Shown: positions 36,659-48,825 of the stretch, piece after piece
Layout of the letters: every line of letters begins with the position of its first letter
Position numbering within the stretch: the first letter of the stretch is position 1
Source of the DNA: Pocillopora damicornis
Taxonomy: Eukaryota
DNA length: 64,000 nucleotides
Direction: 5' to 3'
Assembly (NCBI RefSeq): GCF_003704095.1
Contig: NW_020845694.1
Location: 496,001-560,000 of the forward strand
The notes under the pieces: generated by a model
What the model was told of the DNA's origin: nothing
Database searches by the model: none
What the model saw: the letters and a program-made list of their open reading frames with translations, nothing else
Made by a program: the position numbers and the translations under genes

Positions 36659-37729
36659 TTAAAATGCTGTTTTAGAAGTTGATCCTCTCAAGTTTGACCG
36701 TGTTTCTGCCATGGATAACGACTGGTTACTCTGTTTTTCTCGACAGAACAACTTCTTAATCGCTTCTTTAAGTTCACGGTTATACCACGTTAATACAATA
36801 GGGTTAATTGCTGAGTTTGCAAACATAAGACACAGAAACAAACGCATGAGAAAGCCTGGCACTTGAGACTTGAACTTACTTATGGTGAGCACTGTGAAGA
36901 ACGGAAGCCAGCAAAGAACCCAAAATCCAACCAAAATGGCCACCATTCGCCCCGCTTTCTTTTCTCTCAAAGACGACGCTCGTCCTCTTACAGGGAAAGA
37001 ATTCTTAGAATTTGTTTCACTGACTGCAGTCACTTCTAGTGCAGCTATCTGCCTGGCTTGAGTTCTTGCGATCATGTATATGCGATAATATGAAAACGTT
37101 ATGAGTATCGCTGGGATAATGAACCAAATTAACCACTCGGCACTCATGTATATGGCTTCGTTTAAGATGTGCTCGTCGGAAGGCTTCGTTGTCGAACACA
37201 CGACGCCTTCCGGACGCCAAATGAGTGGCGGGAACGCGAGACAAAGCGCAATTAGCCAAGTCATCAGTACAATGGTAGTAGAGCGATGGACAGTTAGGTA
37301 ACGGTTAAAATGAAGAGGGTAGCGAATGTTTACGTAACGGACCAAAGTCATGGCGGTGAGGTTAAACACAGAAGCAGAACCGAACAATACTCCGCTAAGC
37401 AAGATAATGTAACAAACCGATGGGTGGATAGGCTTAAAGTCGATTATGACCTTTTCCACAGCTTGGTAAATAATGTCTGTACAAGCTAACATGAGATCGG
37501 CAGCCGCAAGACTTGCTACAAAAGCATTCCGAAGAGTTCGAAGATTGTGATTTGAGTATATGACGTACATGAGAAGGCCATTTCCCACGATAGCGAAGAG
37601 AGCCAAAAAAGAGAGCAAAATCGCCTCGAGCACTCTGTCGATTTGAAGTCCGTTGCCTTCGGAAGACTTGTTCTGAATTGCACCCGAATTTAGTCGTTTT
37701 GTCATGTTTTGAATGACATCCGAGCTCAT
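36659..37729 (-). CDS. Class A GPCR, aminergic/adenosine-receptor-like orphan, single coding exon
   Basis: IVGN, SLAAAD, C3.25, SASVFNL, VRY, REKKA, CWLPFF, NSAINPIV; seven TM segments. Confidence 0.92.
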   Translation of the reverse strand: MSSDVIQNMTKRLNSGAIQNKSSEGNGLQIDRVLEAILLSFLALFAIVGNGLLMYVIYSNHNLRTLRNAFVASLAAADLMLACTDIIYQAVEKVIIDFKPIHPSVCYIILLSGVLFGSASVFNLTAMTLVRYVNIRYPLHFNRYLTVHRSTTIVLMTWLIALCLAFPPLIWRPEGVVCSTTKPSDEHILNEAIYMSAEWLIWFIIPAILITFSYYRIYMIARTQARQIAALEVTAVSETNSKNSFPVRGRASSLREKKAGRMVAILVGFWVLCWLPFFTVLTISKFKSQVPGFLMRLFLCLMFANSAINPIVLTWYNRELKEAIKKLFCREKQSNQSLSMAETRSNLRGSTSKTAF

Positions 37730-40700
37730 CTTGCTTTTGTGCTTTAGATAAGCTATTTATTGTAGGGCGATGATCAACTTCTACTGCATGAGAACTCCGT
37801 TTCTTTCGACGTGTTCGTTCTGAATTGCGCTTACGTTTAGAAGCTTTGCAAGGCTTTGGACCAGTTCCGAACGTATCTTTCTTTCTCGCCTAAGGTCCGC
37901 TATTCACTGTTGTGCGGCGATTGAATTTCTGCCCTTGTCGTTATTCCACTAGTTCCTTTTTGTATAACCTGCACTTCTGTAGTTCACAATTTAATTGAGT
38001 TTCTTGGTTTGCTGTATTTATACTTATAGTAGGTCTAGGAAACCAACAAAACGAGTCGTCTTCTTCACCATAGGAACCACAAAATTAAAATTACCAGCGG
38101 GAGGCGTCCTTCTTCTCTCTCATTCTCTTTTTCGACCACTCTTTGATCTGATAGAAATGCCACCGGGGCTCTTGAAAACGAGTTTTTAAGCGCTTTTGTA
38201 ATGGAAATATTCACTTTAATCTCCAGGATCAGACACTGTGAGGATGCCATAATAAAACATGTAGCTGAATAGACTGGGTAAGGATAATTAGAAAGAGATG
38301 TTAAAGCCTCGAAAAAGCAGGTGTGTTTGTCAACTCCCGTTGCAGTTCAATCTAAAATCAAAAAAACAATAAGCTGAATCAAACTGTGTTGGACCGATTC
38401 ATGAACAATTCGCAGACACATTAGTCAGGAATCTTTCTGATATTGTTACCGTCAGAGAAGTTGAGTATTTCCCCCTGACTTTCTCATAGTTGGAAGTCGT
38501 TTCAGCGAAGTCAATCAGTGAAATTTATCTAAATCGACTTTAATTTAGATTTAATTAAAAAAGTTTCCTCGTGCGCCGGTGATTGAGCCTGTGGAGAATG
38601 TTGAACTGATTAACATTAACATTTTCCCTGATAAAGCTGTGTCAACAAGAGAACTAAGAGCCACATGAAGTGGCATTAAGAGTGCCTTGGTTTATTTTTA
38701 TCAAAAAGTTCCGATACTAGAGCACGACGAGTCTCTTTGTCTGTTGCATGGTAATGGCAAACATAATTCTTTAAGAAATGTGGATTTTTGACCGATGTAT
38801 CCCAAACTACCATGCGTCCCCTTATCAAAACCATAATCACTTGTAAAACCAATAATTTAGGAAGAATTGTTTTATGTATGTTTTATGGTATACTTTCGGT
38901 GGCCTAACAAGCTTACGCAAGTGCTGGTGCGTTTTCCTGACTGAAAATCACCGGTTATTTCTGCTGGGACATTGATTTACTTTAAGCTCCCACGTCGATT
39001 TGCTGTTCAATTCAATAAGTTTCTCCCATATGCAAAAGAAAATATAATAACTCATCAATAAAGAGTTCAATTTGATATATACAGCGGTGGAACTAACCTT
39101 ATTTTGATCTGTCATCCGTTATAAGAAGTCAAACAATTGAAGCCTATTTCCTTTGGTTTTTTTCATATGTTAATTTACATGTTAACTCTGTGCCATTGGT
39201 TCTGTTCGCATCGCATACGAACGTTTCGTGATGTTTTTCGCTCGCAATTTTTTTTTTAATCATCACACTTGCTGTGTTTTGTTCTTCGGTATATTCTGCC
39301 GATAGGCGAACCCAAGCCTCCTACATGGTAGTCTATCCAAAAAAAAACTCCCTGCTGTCGCAATAAAAAATCTCGTCAAATTGCGTGTTTGCGAACTCAA
39401 AATCGTTTTGGGAAACTTCTGTTTTAATGATGCGCTAATTTGACCACTCTCTGTAGTCTTAATTCCACTAATTTATACCTGAATTAAAGAGTGGTCTCCT
39501 TGATTCATAGAACTACATTTTTCTTTCTTGGTATTGGTAAAGCTGTTTAAAGCCCCGACTACGTTCAATAATGGGTTCTCAAAAGAGTCCGTTTTCGTCT
39601 CAAGCAAAATCATTGAGGCCGTGACCACACTAATGTGCTTAAACTCGTACTTTTTCATGCGTTTGTGGCCACCGTCCTCTGATCCTAAAAAAAAACCTGG
39701 AAAAGACTAACTGACAAGGAGTTTCGAAAACGGTCTCAAAAGTGGAGCATTTTGAAAACTCATTGTTTTGAGACGCTCCTTTTCGTGTGTGGCCAAGTGA
39801 AGACTCGAAAATGTGAATGGAACCTGAATCTCAATTATAGTATGAAAATAGAGTTGCCTGTTCTTCTATGTGATCTTACAATCCACAGGCTCCTTATTTG
39901 TAGTTGGTATGCTTTTACGTTACTCAGCTCAAACAAGGATAGTTGCATGCGATGAGAATTTTGTTGTTGTCGGTGTTGTTGTGTAAACCGGATCAATTCG
40001 CCATTATTGATAATTTGGAATTACTGATAAGTACCCCTCCTACTCCTCACTGTTGGGGATTTCCGTACATCGCATGAACTCTGTACATATCGACTTTTAG
40101 CTAATTAAAATGCAATACTAACCAATATCACGGTGCATTCAAAAAGACAATGTTCGTCATTTTCTGAAATGAAACCAAATATAAATGCGTACATTCTAAA
40201 GATTTTATCAATAGCATGATAAAGTTAAATATCTGCCTCTAGTTGGCGCAAAAATATGCACGGATATTTGTCAGCGGACATTATCTGTTCCGAGAAGTGA
40301 ACGGTTTTCCGAGAGTGAAGTTCGAGGTAAAACTAGGAGAGTTACATCACATGTAAAAATCTTCTTCCTTTTTCTTTGCGGCGCTTTGAACCTGAAAGAA
40401 GTAGACAGCAGGTGTTCACGGGTGGACAGAGCGTGGTGGATTGGCTGTCGAAATGAGACTAAACTGATAAAACATAATACCTCTTTTTCTTAAGTAGTTA
40501 GCCAGATGCGACATAATCAAAGCCAGCTATGTCGAGGGGAAGACCTTTTACTTAGTAACCGAACAGTACCACAAAGGTACTCTACATAAATTCGTGCTCT
40601 TGTGCGAGCGCTTGTATTCACTTTATTGAACATTTGATCAAAATGTCTTTTCTCCTCGTATGGTCGATACTTTTAGTTTAGAGGCAGGTGGCGAGAATAA

Positions 40701-40959
40701 ACAGCATAATCAACAGAGAGAATTTTCCAGTTCAAACAATAAATTCTCGTAGCTTCAATTTCGAATAATGTATAAATTTGGTGATGAGAGTTTACATGTC
40801 CATCTTTTATTTGAAGATAGTAAGGGCTAAAGCTTTGAATAATTTACAAAAAATTCAACACTAAAATTTAACTATACCAGTTCAACTTATAGATCGATAA
40901 ATTATATTGCAAGCTTCGCTGCTATCGAATTTGAGGCGAAGATAGCAAAAATTTAAGAT

Positions 40960-43900
40960 ATGATAATTTATACCAGTTATATTTGGGTTTTAACTGCCCT
41001 GTTTGGATTTGTAAGCTGTTATGTTGGAAGTCAAATTAATCTCTCTTGTGAAAACGGCGTGTGTTCCAGGCAAGCGGATCAAGGACCATGTGTTGTTAGC
41101 GACGACCACGAACGCCTTTTTAGATGGGATCCAGTCAAGGTAAATAGAAACGACTTAACTGAATGGCAGTGTAAGAAATGTAGGTTTTATGTTTTAACAG
41201 TGAACGCGTATGGTATTCAGGGACTTTCGTCTTCAAAATTATCCATTTAGCGTTTTGAATATATTAGTGTCTGTTTAAAGTTCCCCGAACATGCTCAGCT
41301 ACACGTTAAAAGATATACACTTGTCACAATCCCGCATTACAGACATAATTAAGGTGCTTTAGCACCGTGTCAAAGTCATTTGATATGTTTGACCGTGTAC
41401 TCTGATCGTCGGAATGGAATTATCACGGAGAAGGGCTGTTGTTGGTATGAGTAGCGACTGACGTTTCGACAACCTTAGCGGAAGTCAACTCTTTACTTGA
41501 CTCTGATAATTTCTTTCCCTGAGGTTGTCGAAACATCGGTCACCACCACTGAAAACAGTCCTCCCCAATGAGGAATAGTGTAACCCAAACGATCAGACTG
41601 CGTGATCAAATGTTACCACTGTCTTCAAACTAGGTACTGTGAATCAAAGTCAAACATCTCCAAAATGAGGTGTATACGTAGCCGTAGCCTGTATGTTTGG
41701 AGGTGGAGGGTAAGTCGGTTCTGAGGCCTTGAACAACAGCGTCGCGAGGGGAATGGGAAGAAAAAAAGGCCCGCGCGAGGCCTCGGTCCAGATTGAAAAC
41801 GCACTCTACAAAACGGTCAACTACATGGGTTGATTTGTGCTCTTCATTTCGTTGACAGAGAGGTCACGTGAGGGAATTAGAGTTAGAGCCTGGGAAAAAA
41901 TACAAGATGATAACTTTAGCCTCCAAACCTCCGGTGTTTGGTAAGACTTCATAGAGTAAAAGTTGAATATATTTTCTTATCATAAAATCAACTGTTCCTT
42001 TGTTCTTGTCTTTCCCATTAATAGCGTAGCTCCATTTTCTGCATTTAAAACAAACGCAACCCACAGTTCATCTATTTTCTCGGACGCAGGGCTAGCAATC
42101 CAAACTTCAGCTATAGAAACTCTTCACGGTGGCCAATTTAAAATCAGTGGATAAAGCCAAACAAGAATATTACTCATGATATAATGGATCACATATTTCA
42201 TAATTGGCGATCTGTGATTTCTCGAAAGACTAATGACGCGAACTTCACTATTTCAAAACATAATGAAGCCTGTTTTTTTACTCACTACTTTTTAGTTATC
42301 TTTTTCATAAACAATCAGTGCACCCCAATCTCTTCTTATGAAGTCGCTTCATGCTACACAAAAAAGGGAGTACGCTCAGACAGCTGTGTGTTCGAGTCGG
42401 TCTTATATACTTACATTAAACCAGCAATAATTTGTCTCGCTTTCTTGGTTACCTTTTGCCTTTTTTTCCAAGATGCCCGGCCAGAATGGTTTTTAGTCTC
42501 TCACATGATACTGGACAGAAACTTGAAAGACAGCTTACGATGTAGCAGGCTCATCATGCTGAGGCTTACTCCGACGGGTTTCGATAGCTCAGTTGAGGCG
42601 ACCAAGACTATAATTTGCCTGAACCGGGATACCACTCCATCGAGGGTCACCCTCTTGCATTTCGTTAAGCTTTCCTAAAAGTTCGCTTGTACCCATCTGT
42701 AAACCCCGGGGTGGAGAGGCACTTTGCGAATGAAATGTTTCCAAAGATCACAGGACAATAACTCGGCAAGGCTCGAACCCTTTTATCAAAACTCCAGCAC
42801 ACTAGCCACCAGGCCAAAGCTATGACCGTATCTCCCACTTCTTTCATGAGCCACCTTGATTTGTACGCGCGTGCACGTGGTTTATTTTCGGTGTCAGTTG
42901 GTACCAATCAGAGACAATATAGTCTTGATCGCGACGAGATTCATGATTTTGTAAACATTTTTAGTTAAATTTGAGGTAAACTTGTCTTCTTTTACAGAGC
43001 TCCCTGATTTTCTAAGCGAGGAGGAAAGTGAGCATATCATCGATCTAGCTGAAATGTTTGGCCTTGAAAATAGCCTCATGCATACTGATGAATTTCAAGA
43101 ACAACATAAGAAAGAAGTGAAAGGTAACGCTAACAATTTCACTGATAGTTTGTTCCAATAAGGAATAAGGAAATCTTATTCGTATTCTGTTTATTCATAC
43201 GACACTTTCGACATCGCCGATCATTTGCAAATGAATGACGCACGTTATAGCTCACGGCTGGTTATCTGCATGTTGACCGAACTATGTTATTATTTCGTTG
43301 TGAAATTTCATCTAGATCTAAATTTATCATAATTTTAACAAAATACTTTCTGCCATAAGGAGAAAAGTTGAAAGATTTTTGGGCGAACTCGTTTTACTGC
43401 AGTGGGCGAACTCGTAAAAGTGCTAAAGGGCGAAGTTGCAATGGGGCGAAAACTCCTCATACCCTCATGAGAATGTGTATAAGGTTCGATTCCCCGTGAG
43501 GACTCAGATTTTTTCCTTTGTACGACGAAAGATGATTTTTATGCGTTTCGATACAAAATTAAAAATTTACCATTTTCCTGCTTTCATACCAATAAATTTT
43601 ACTTATTTACTAGGGCACGCAAGTGGAGCTGCTGGTATATATCTAAGCTGGGACGAAAATCAGGATAAGGAGATAACTAAAGACGAGGTTGTGGAACTTT
43701 TTCGATGCCATTCTGTACTAAAAAGATATATAAATTATATTATGTGCCTGGCTGTTTATTTAATAAATTCCGGCTAACAATTCCATGACGGGAGAATTCT
43801 TTAGCAATCAAACGGGTATAAGAAATTTAGTGATTCAAAACGTAATGCTTGAAATTTTTTTTATAATTAAATGACTTCTTTTAGAGCAATATATTCTGAT

Positions 43901-46900
43901 AGGTTCTTACTGCAACATCTGGAAGAAAGCAAAACCACAGCGTCTTCAGTGATATCCATTATTTTTCATATTTTAAGAGTAACGTTTGCCACAAAATCAT
44001 TCACCAGATAGCAGGTGAAATGAACGGAAATTTTTTGCCAAAGTGTATTTTCATCACCTCTTAATTTCAGGTAATTCACTTTTCACGGAGATATAAGTTT
44101 CTTTACATGACCCCTGAGGAAGTCGACGTCATGTAAGTACAACTCACTCCGCTTAACACAATCACGTAGATAGCTGCCTCGGATATCTCGAGCCGCGAAA
44201 GTAACCATCTTCTTCTGGTCAATCATGGTCGTGCCACGCCGAACCCGAAATTTTAATGTCCGTCGGCCAAAACAGCAGGCATCCGAAGAATGAAGTGATT
44301 ACTCATCGAACTTTCGCGGTAAAATAAAATTCGTCGATTTTCGTCAAAAGCCGCCAAAATCAAAGAGGTCGCCTAATTTTACTCTTATTACTCAATTTTA
44401 CCACAATACTGCATTTTTCTTCAGAGTACCCACGCAATCCCTTCCTTTCTTTAAAAGAGAATCTTTATTCAGACCTTGGTCCGTGAAACAAAGGTTCAAA
44501 AGAAAGAATAAATCAGTTAGCACTGCATTATGAATTAAATAAGGGCCGAAATCGGCCGCACTGCCAGCCAATGATCTACTGGTTTTGATTGTGGAATCAA
44601 AAGTTGTACCAAATTTCACTTTGCCTATTCCTCAGGATAAAGAAATTGAAGATCAGAGAGTTTGATGATGGTATGCTCGTGGTTTGTTTAAAACTTTTAT
44701 TTCTTTGCATATGTAGTTTTGTCTACCTTTCAATTCTCACTCTTTTTTTTTTAATCTCCTTGATTATTCCTTGGATATTTTGGGAGGGTTATTTATTTGT
44801 TTGTTTTTATTTCTTGGCACTTGTTTTTAAATCTTGTTTGTGAACCGAATTCTTGCTATTGTTTACTTGTAGGCAAAGTCACGATACAAGAATTTCGTAA
44901 ACTACCAACGGCTGCTATGGACGACTATATGAACAAGCTGAAAGAATTATCACCAGTTCACCGTGAACGAAACAGCCACCAAACCTGGCTACATCAGGGA
45001 AAGTTTGCCAGTAAAATTATGCAAAGGTTACGAGAAAGGTGAAGTTAAGATATCACTTTCATGCATGTCTTTTCGTTGTTGTTGTTGTTACTGGGAAAAC
45101 TGAGATAGGACATTTCTCGGCTTGTCCACAATGGGACCCTGTCAGTTTTGTTAATTATCAATTTCTGATCAAATTAACATTAAGACTTATTCTTACACAG
45201 AATAAAGAAACTAACAAGGCTATCTGATCGTGTCATCCGTGGAAGTGAACCTTTACAAGTAAGATCTACGGTGTTTTGACCCTTTACACCCAAATATCAA
45301 TATGCATATTCTCCATGCTGTTCTCTAAACATTTTCCTAAGGTGCTGAAACGAAGGATTTGTTTAACAACCAGGAGCTTCTTTAGTAGCTGATCACTTCT
45401 CGTGACCTTAGTGTTTGATTCAGGGGTAACATTGAAGGAGAAATAATATGTTAATCTCTCTTAGGTGCTAAGAGTTAATGCTGATTCAGTTCCCACTCAC
45501 TTGCCTTCTTACAGACAAGAGAGTATCCAGTAATTAATGATTCTTAATCTCCCATACAGACCTCACTCTGAGGGTAATCCCTTCTGGGCTATTTCATTCC
45601 AGTTTTTATGTTTGTAGTTCCCAAAAAGATATAAGAATAACCGAGCGACCTTTAAGGTGAAGTTCTCGCTCGTTCGACATCCCATTGGGCAATTGTTCAT
45701 TTTCACCTGAAACACTAATTCAAGTAGCATGCATGATACAAGTAAAGTACGAGTACAATCTTCTGGATCCTCGATGCTTTCTCGCAGTTATTAGAGATTT
45801 CATCCATGGCACATTTTTAGCCCCAACTACGGAGACATCTTCCTTTTTTCTATAAAGTAAATACTTACCGTACAACGTTTGGTCTCAACCTTCAGGTGGT
45901 GAAGTACGATGAAAATGGCCATTACAATGTTCATCACGATGCTCAGCCAGTGGCTACTCACTCGCACCTCAAGTGCTGTCACCTGAACGTCACCAAGATA
46001 CCAGCTTGCAGACTTTGTAGGTTAGTTAAGTATTTTCTCGAGAAAAGAGCACATACTGCCCATGTAAGGGCCATTGCGGCACTAGAGAGGGTTTGAGTGG
46101 AAGAGTAGCGCTCAAAATCGGTTTTGATATCCCACTAAGAACAGAATTGGGTAAAACTGATTGTGATAAACTGATAACTTACAAAAATTCTACTGAATGA
46201 ATATCAGAAACTTGCTTTCCAAATGGAAGTTAAACAAATGGTCTGCCCCCTCCTCTCGCCTAATTCCGTGGAGTATTATTAATAGAACTGAAAGTGGTGA
46301 ATTTTGGCGGGATTTTATTCATTGTGCGGTGGAAATTTTTTTTTCCTCTGCGGAAATGTAGCTTTGCGGATCAAAGACGATCCACAACATCTGCAAAAAT
46401 TTAGACCCGCAAAATTTTCATGCCACGCGGTATTCCGCCCTTGTGTGACAGACAATCTCAAGTCATGCTTCTTTTCGTTTATAGATATATTACTATATTG
46501 TATTACCTAAATGACGTCGAGGAGGGTGGAGAAACAGCTTTTCCAGTTGCTGATAATAAAACCTTTGATCAACAGGTCAGTGATAAAGTGACTCCAAAAT
46601 CACAGTGACTACTTACGCCCTGCAAGTAGTAAAATAGTAAACAAAAGCCAGGCGGCAACTCAGGCGCCGGTAAAGATACAAACGACAAAATGGCGTTGAT
46701 TTTTACTTTTGGATGTGACTGATTGAGAAGCAGAACTCGCGCAATCTCCAAGTTTTTCCTCACGTGAACAAGAGTCGCTTAAACTTTGTGGGGATTTTGT
46801 TCTTGTTTCTGAATTTGTTAAGTTTGTGGGATTTGATATCTGGGCTAAAAAGGCTAAAACTGCTGAAATATTTAGCTGTTCAGCACAGAAACTTAAGCTA

Positions 46901-47558
46901 ATTTAAGCCTGTCATTGATGAAAATTTTACGAGCATGATGTCTGATGGGGAGAGCAGGGATGACTTTGTTATCAAAGGCACTCGCCTACTATCCGCTGAT
47001 GCCTGGTTACGATTTTAGAACGTGGCATCAAATGTGCATTGAGTTTTTATTTTTAGTTCTCGTCCTTGCACAGATATTTTCTCCTATTTTTAGGTTTTCC
47101 TCTATCTATTGAATTGGCAAAGAACCACTCTTTAGTTGCGCTGCTGCTAAACTCCATATGATTTTCGCCTGAAAAACGGTGAAGTAGACAAACGGAGCAC
47201 GGCAGCAAGAGTTTCAACGAAGATACCTAACGACATTCTTTCTTACATTTTCCCTCAGTTGTACATCAAAACCATGAGTGATGATTTATTCAACTTGATG
47301 GAATTCTGCCATGCCGCCAGACTAGTGGTCCCCCCAAAGCGAGGCAAGGCTATCATGTGGTATAATCACTTCGTGGATGAAGAGACTGGCTGGCTGGGAG
47401 AGAGGGACGATTACACCCTTCACGGGGGGTGTGGAGTGCAGAAGGGAATCAAATGGATTGCAAATAACTGGATTACTGCCCCTGACGCACCACTTGCGCA
47501 TATAAGAAGTAACTTTGAAATCAAGGAAGAAGAAGAAGAAGAACCTTTTAACTTATAA
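40960..47558 (+). CDS. P4HTM: Transmembrane prolyl 4-hydroxylase-like protein, paralog 4 (11 exons)
   Basis: Exons: 40960-41139, 41859-41940, 42998-43123, 43614-43687, 44071-44132, 44636-44670, 44873-45038, 45201-45258, 45896-46020, 46485-46575, 47259-47558. Motifs [47 protein letters not shown]. Confidence 0.92.
41400..41597. mobile_element. Palindromic Penelope-type repeat with a degenerate hammerhead core
   Basis: gactgacgtttcgacaacct...gactctgataat...aggttgtcgaaacatcggtc inverted arms, with outer ctgatcg/cgatcag pairing. Confidence 0.6.
42620..42820 (-). mobile_element. Degenerate MetaSINE-like SINE
   Basis: gtacccatctgtaaaccccggggtggagaggcact...ctcgaaccc...ctagccaccaggcca is the reverse complement of the 25075 element. 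Confidence 0.6.
45277..45478. mobile_element. TTAA-flanked MITE-like repeat (related copies at about 5909-6110, 49610, 49857 and 58275-58480)
   Basis: ccctttacacccaaatatcaatatgcatattctccat... ending aagagttaa; closely similar to 5910-6110. Confidence 0.6.
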
Positions 47559-48825
47559 AATTTTGAGATAAAAAATTTAGCGCCTATTTAGCATTTTTAG
47601 GTAGTGATCATGATTTAAAACTGCCTTTGATCTTGTGGATTTGACTTTCAACGTAAATGTTATAATGGTGAACCCAATTTCAAAGCCATTTCAGGATTTT
47701 CAAATTTAAAGATCGTATTCTGTGAGTCTCCTTTGGCTGTTAACTTATTCCCCAAACGAAGTTCCCAGTCTACACCTATGCTCTTTCTGGAACATGTTGT
47801 GAAGTAAAAAATTTGAATTGAAAGTAGGTAAATAATTTAATTTGATTAAAGTGACTCCCTTTTTGCAACCGGCTGTGTTATGTTTAATTGTGTTGTGATG
47901 CATGCATCCGTTCCTTGTTTTGTCGTCCACTACACTCACTGTATGTGAATGACGCTAAGGCACAAAATGTATGGCGCACAGGACTTTTTGTTAACATCAT
48001 TGTGACGTGTTTTTGGCTTTTTTTAACAGAACATCTTTCCAGCGAACAGTTCAATATGACCTTCGATATTTCAGTTTCTTCTATTCTTACTCTCTTTTAA
48101 GTAGATTTAGATCCTAACGGACGCACTCAAATCTATAACTGAAATGACTCTTAGCGAAATTGCAACTGAATAATTTTTCACCTAATCACTGGAAATAATT
48201 ATTTGTCTCAACTTTGTTTTTCTAATAACAGCCATTACACTGTGTAATCAGCAGGTCGTAGTAATTAGTATTCTTTGTATTCTGCTTTTGATACCACGAT
48301 TTCAGTCCTGTATTTTTACGCCTACCAATACTCTTGTGATGATCCAAAATAGATCAACATCTCCTCCAAGGGGGGTAGCATTACGAATAAACCCAGCCGA
48401 TTGATCACAACTGAAGGACAATCAACTTCAGCAGGCCTAGGTTTCCTTAATCATTAAATGAGTGCTTCCCCAAATGGAATACAAATGCAATACGATAATA
48501 TTCCAATATAATTGACTTTATAATGGTTATTTATCAGATTCCGCTCTAGCTGTGTGCGATGTGATAACTGAAATCAGCTGAAGAGAAACCATCGCTTCCT
48601 TCCAATCGTGCATGATCTTTTTTTACTTGAATCGGCTCAATTGTCTTGATCTATGGAAGTTAAGGACAGCTTAAAATTATGGAGCAGTTGTTTTAGTCTG
48701 ATGCTGGGTACTAAAATAATAAATATTTAATAAAAGTCCATGAAACCAGAGTAGCCAATTGACATCACGGGCAGTGAACTTGGCAGTGATACAGTTTTGC
48801 GAAAATTTCGCAGTGTTCTTAAAAT

